From an uncultured virus (IMG/VR IMGVR_UViG_3300028564_000919) (lineage: Duplodnaviria; Heunggongvirae; Uroviricota; Caudoviricetes), in IMG/VR virus record IMGVR_UViG_3300028564_000919: a stretch of 64,000 nucleotides of DNA; one strand, given 5' to 3'. Below, one piece after another: positions 60,073 through 64,000 of the stretch. Each line of letters opens with the position of its first letter. The first letter of the stretch is position 1. The notes under the pieces were generated by a model. The model worked only from the letters and a program-made list of their open reading frames with translations, had not been told where the DNA came from and made no database searches. A program made the translations under genes and the position numbers.

Positions 60073-60097
60073 ATTTTTTGAGGAAATATGATATAAT
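60061..60097 (+). promoter_or_regulatory. Phage promoter motif, copy 11
   Basis: agagtttcct...tatgatataat, same 37-nt geometry. Confidence 0.65.
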
Positions 60098-60117
60098 ATA
60101 ATATAGGGGGAAGTAGA

Positions 60118-60549
60118 TTGAATAATAAGATAAGCACTAGCGATATATTTACTGGTTATGTAGTTGAAGTCATAAAAAATAAGGAGGGAAAACCTACATT
60201 AGAATTGAGAGTAAGAATTCCATCAATTCATAATACTGGGTCTATAAGTAGGATTGAAGATAAGGATTTACCAATAGCAAAACCCCTGTTAATACCAACG
60301 GCTGCGGTTAATTTAGAGTTATTTGAAGATTTCATTAAGAGTATTACAAAGGTATTTATTATATTTGAAGGGGGAAATTTAAACAAACCATTGTGGTTAG
60401 GGTTTAAAGGTGAGAATGAAATTTTTGGGATGCCAGAAGAAGATGAAATTGATTTATCTAAAATCCCAGAAATTTTCTATGTGACTGAGGAAGATAATTT
60501 AGAAGAAACAAAATATAAAGTTAAATATTTTTATATCATAGAAGAATAA
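60118..60549 (+). CDS. Baseplate spike N-terminal OB-fold (gp5/gpV-like)
   Basis: GYVV, LRVRIPSIH, DLPIA, VFIIFEGGNLNKPLWLG. Confidence 0.75.
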   Translation: MNNKISTSDIFTGYVVEVIKNKEGKPTLELRVRIPSIHNTGSISRIEDKDLPIAKPLLIPTAAVNLELFEDFIKSITKVFIIFEGGNLNKPLWLGFKGENEIFGMPEEDEIDLSKIPEIFYVTEEDNLEETKYKVKYFYIIEE

Positions 60550-60561
60550 GGAGAGGAAAGT

Positions 60562-60885
60562 ATGAGTAAAGAATTAAAAAAAGAAGAATTAAAAAATTTA
60601 GAAGTAGTAGAAGACACAGGATTGTGTGATGGGGAAGAAGATTGTGAAGTTGCACCAGACTGGGAAGGAATGTTTAACCGACAAGAGGAGTATATTCAAG
60701 AACTAGAAAAGAAGTTGTTAAATTCTAACAAAGCATTTGATACAGTTTATAGTCTTTTAGTAGAGGTATTAAATCATCAAGATAGTCAACTAAAAGCAAA
60801 CTCTTTAGTATCTAGAGACACTTGGGGTAGACTTGATAATCTTATTAACGATTTACAAATGAAAAATAAAAAACAAAGTTTATAG
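60562..60885 (+). CDS. Hypothetical coiled-coil protein
   Basis: RBS aaggagagg. Confidence 0.6.
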   Translation: MSKELKKEELKNLEVVEDTGLCDGEEDCEVAPDWEGMFNRQEEYIQELEKKLLNSNKAFDTVYSLLVEVLNHQDSQLKANSLVSRDTWGRLDNLINDLQMKNKKQSL

Positions 60886-60929
60886 TTTAGTTATGAGTTT
60901 TTTATAAAAGAAGGGGTAGATAAGAAACA

Positions 60930-63900
60930 ATGAAAATAAAATTCACAACTGAAAGTGGAGTAACTAAATATTTAAAGCTTGGGATATCTAGTGTATTAGG
61001 ACTTCAAGATATTTTAGACACGAAGTCAGATACAGACCATATTCATAGTGAGTATGCTTTAACTACCCATAATCACGACACAGTATACTCTAAACTTACA
61101 CACAACCACGATAGTAGTTATGCAGATATAAGCCATAATCACGACACAGTATATTCCGGGATAGGTCATAATCATTTAATGAGTGAAGTAACAGGGTTAC
61201 AAGCAGCACTTGATAATAAAGCAGCTTCAAACCACAATCACGATACAGTATATGCCGAGATAGGTCATAATCACGATACAGTATATGCGGATATAAGCCA
61301 TAATCATCCAATAAGTGAAGTAACAGGTTTACAAGCAGCACTAGATAATAAAGCAGCTTCCAACCATAATCACGATACAAGTTATGCGGATATAAGCCAT
61401 AATCATCCAATAAGTGAAGTAACAGGGTTACAAGCAGCACTTGATAATAAAGCAGCTTCCAACCATAATCACGATACAAGTTATGCGGATATAAGCCATA
61501 ATCACGATACAAGTTATGCAGATATAGACCATAATCATTCAATAAGTGAAGTAACAGGGTTACAAGCAGCACTTGATAATAAAGCAGCTTCAAACCATAA
61601 TCACGATACAAGTTATGCGGATATAAGCCATAATCACGATACAAGTTATGCAGATATAAACCATAATCATCCAATAAGTGAAGTAACAGGGTTACAAGCA
61701 GCACTTGATAATAAAGCAGCTTCAAACCACAATCATGATACAAGTTATGCAGATATAAGCCACAATCACGATACAAGTTATGCGGATATAAGCCACAATC
61801 ACGATACAAGTTATGCGGATATAAGCCATAATCATCCAATAAGTGAAGTAACAGGTTTACAAGCAGCACTAGATAATAAAGCAGCTTCCAACCATAATCA
61901 CGATACAAGTTATGCGGATATAAGCCATAATCACGATACAAGTTATGCGGATATAAGCCATAATCACGATACAAGTTATGCAGATATAGAACACACACAC
62001 GTAGGAAGCCAAATCTATGTAAAGAGTGAAGAATTAGGAACGACGTTAAATGATTGGACGACATCTATTGAAAACGAGTTAAGCGACCTTGCAGGAATAA
62101 ATCATAATCACGATACAACTTACGAACCAATTATAAGCACAAAAGGAACAGCGTTTAATAAAGATTTTGGAACAACTGCTGGAACAATAGCAGAGGGTAA
62201 TCACGTTCATAGTGGAGATTATCATTTAAAACAACCTTTAGGAGTTCCTAGAGTAAACTATGGTGACCCTTTAATAACTGAGATGGCTTTGTTTGATAAT
62301 GAATATACTAATAGAACTGAGTTTTTTCCGATAGATAGATTAAAGATAGAGAAGAATATAACTGGCTATAGTTGGACCGATATTACAACTACTTTTAATG
62401 AAACTAGAAGAAAACAGTTAGTAGGTGGTGATGTATATTATGGTATAAGCTTTAAAGATGAATGTGACACAACTAAGGTAAGAATTTATTTTGACGCAGC
62501 TGTTGATTATAACCCTTTAAATACCTTAGGTGATTTATATATGGGTTTAGACGCAGGATATCACCAATTTACAGCAAAGATTATAAAGAAGAAAAATGCT
62601 TCTTCAAACTGGGAATATCATACAAATAGTGAAATTCAATTAGCAACAAATGGAGATATTGCACACCTATATTTACCTTTTAGTAGTTTACTATGGCAAA
62701 ATAATTATAACAATTATAGATATATAGGTGTAGAGCTAAAGATTTTTTGGGACCATAATTATGGCAGTTGGTCAAGATTTTATATATACAATCTTCAATT
62801 TTGGGGAGTAGGTGGAGGTGAAGGTAGAAAGAGAACAATATACACAACAGATGAAAATAAGAATGTTAGATTTCCAGGAGATATTTATTCTGCGAATGAA
62901 GTCTATGCAAAAAGTATAGGGGATAGTGGTAAAGAAATACCTTTACTAGAAGGTTTACACCAAGCTACTAATATAATGATGAAAATTGTAACTGGTGGGG
63001 CTTCCCAAACTGGCTATGACTTAACTATAACTACTAAAAAAGAAAGAATTTACTGGGCGGGGGGAAGTTATACAGACTACTATGATAATTTTTATTATAG
63101 GGTTAATGGTAATAGTACTTACACAGCTATTACTTATCCTGTTACTAATCAAGTAATCCCTAACGTTATAATGGTATCGTTTTATTATGATTTAGCTGAA
63201 CCAGGTTATGAGGGTGGTTATCATACTATTACAGGTAATTATACTACTATTGGTGATTACTATTGGCTAGATGGACCAATTTCTATTACTTTCCAAAGCT
63301 CATATCCTTGCTTTGTTAAAGGAACTAAAATCACACTTGCTGATATGACTTATAAAAATGTGGAAGATATTACTTATGATGATGAATTACTTGTTTGGGA
63401 CTTTGATAAAGGGAAATTTACTTCAGCTAAACCTATCTGGATATTAAAACCACAGAAAGCACCAGCTTACAATAAATTAGTATTTAGTGATGGTAGTGAA
63501 TTAAGAACAGTAAATCAACACCGTATCTTTAATGCAGAAGAGGGTAAGTTCACATACCCTATGACAGAAGACACACCTATTGGAACAATTACTTTCAATG
63601 ATAAAGGTGAACTTATAGCTTTAGTTTCAAAAGAAGTAGTTGAGGAAGAAGTAGAATACTATAACATTATTACTGATTACCACATAAACTTATTTGCTTC
63701 ATCGATTCTAACTTCTTGTCGTTTATCTAATTTATACCCAATTAAAGATATGAAGTATATAAAAGATGATAGAGAACTACATAGCCCAGAGATATTTAAT
63801 GAAGTTAGTCCTAAATGGGTTAGAGGACTTCGTTTACTAGAACAACCACTTGAAGTTAATAGAGAAAATGCAGTTAAGTTTGATAACTCATTGGTTGACT

Positions 63901-63932
63901 ATGTTAAGCGATTAGAAAGCACTAAATTATAA
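60930..63932 (+). CDS. Tail fibre with His-rich HxH repeats and a C-terminal Hint domain
   Basis: HNHDTSYADIS and HNHPISEVTGLQAALDNKAASN repeats; FGTTAGTIAEGNH; CFVKGTKI...TVNQHRIF...YYNI...LFASSILTSC. Confidence 0.85.
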   Translation: MKIKFTTESGVTKYLKLGISSVLGLQDILDTKSDTDHIHSEYALTTHNHDTVYSKLTHNHDSSYADISHNHDTVYSGIGHNHLMSEVTGLQAALDNKAASNHNHDTVYAEIGHNHDTVYADISHNHPISEVTGLQAALDNKAASNHNHDTSYADISHNHPISEVTGLQAALDNKAASNHNHDTSYADISHNHDTSYADIDHNHSISEVTGLQAALDNKAASNHNHDTSYADISHNHDTSYADINHNHPISEVTGLQAALDNKAASNHNHDTSYADISHNHDTSYADISHNHDTSYADISHNHPISEVTGLQAALDNKAASNHNHDTSYADISHNHDTSYADISHNHDTSYADIEHTHVGSQIYVKSEELGTTLNDWTTSIENELSDLAGINHNHDTTYEPIISTKGTAFNKDFGTTAGTIAEGNHVHSGDYHLKQPLGVPRVNYGDPLITEMALFDNEYTNRTEFFPIDRLKIEKNITGYSWTDITTTFNETRRKQLVGGDVYYGISFKDECDTTKVRIYFDAAVDYNPLNTLGDLYMGLDAGYHQFTAKIIKKKNASSNWEYHTNSEIQLATNGDIAHLYLPFSSLLWQNNYNNYRYIGVELKIFWDHNYGSWSRFYIYNLQFWGVGGGEGRKRTIYTTDENKNVRFPGDIYSANEVYAKSIGDSGKEIPLLEGLHQATNIMMKIVTGGASQTGYDLTITTKKERIYWAGGSYTDYYDNFYYRVNGNSTYTAITYPVTNQVIPNVIMVSFYYDLAEPGYEGGYHTITGNYTTIGDYYWLDGPISITFQSSYPCFVKGTKITLADMTYKNVEDITYDDELLVWDFDKGKFTSAKPIWILKPQKAPAYNKLVFSDGSELRTVNQHRIFNAEEGKFTYPMTEDTPIGTITFNDKGELIALVSKEVVEEEVEYYNIITDYHINLFASSILTSCRLSNLYPIKDMKYIKDDRELHSPEIFNEVSPKWVRGLRLLEQPLEVNRENAVKFDNSLVDYVKRLESTKL
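61037..62115 (+). repeat. Mixed 33-bp and 66-bp coding tandem repeats
   Basis: cataatcacgatacaagttatgcggatataagc units interleaved with ccaataagtgaagtaacagggttacaagcagcacttgataataaagcagcttc units. Confidence 0.95.
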
Positions 63933-63945
63933 GGGGGGAAATAAA

Positions 63946-64000
63946 ATGATTTACATTATTGAGGGAAATACTGGTGCTGGCAAAGCTACTTTTGCTAATT
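63946..64000 (+). CDS. P-loop kinase-like protein, 3'-truncated by the window
   Basis: RBS aagggggg; MIYIIEGNTGAGKATFAN. Confidence 0.6.
   Translation, partial: MIYIIEGNTGAGKATFAN

Noticed and set aside
1254..62064. Minus-strand ORFs in the track, including 61096..62064 (322 aa)
   Set aside because: They are antisense shadows of + strand genes or repeats, with low-complexity L/S/Y/F content and no RBS or recognisable motifs.
61037..62115. CRISPR array
   Set aside because: The repeats are in-frame coding units (33 and 66 bp) with no unique spacers, and no cas genes are present.
1..64000. Stop-codon reassignment explaining the split genes
   Set aside because: Coding density is high under the standard code, TAA, TAG and TGA all end genes, and the halves are separated by kilobases rather than single stops.

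Overview
The window is 64 kb of a large, AT-rich, myovirus-like phage genome. All credible genes lie on the + strand and read in the standard code. The host is probably a low-GC Bacillota or Acholeplasmatales-like bacterium; this is inferred from captured BspA, InlB-B and SipW domains. The region 3.4-35.5 kb is replication, recombination and nucleotide metabolism mixed with small accessory ORFs. The region 35.7-64 kb is a T4-superfamily-like morphogenesis module (portal, prohead protease, gp23-like capsid, sheath, tube, tape measure, baseplate, fibre). Main observations: (1) Three normally single-chain enzymes (family A DNA polymerase, DnaG-type primase, SbcC/Rad50) are each split into separate genes 1.3-14 kb apart, with no intron or intein visible. 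(2) A kinase / gp56-like dCTPase / thymidylate-synthase-fold operon has Asp at the TS Asn177 position, which predicts dCMP modification and a modified-cytosine genome. (3) Eleven copies of a fixed-geometry promoter (TGAGTTYRC...TGnTATAAT, 37 nt). (4) Five copies of a ~95-nt imperfect-palindrome element. (5) Several insertions flanked by 34-240 bp direct repeats. (6) Head-region proteins in which foreign-looking domains are joined by (L/I)xE prohead-protease-type linkers. (7) A His-repeat tail fibre ending in a Hint domain. All calls come from reading motifs by eye; no database searches were run.
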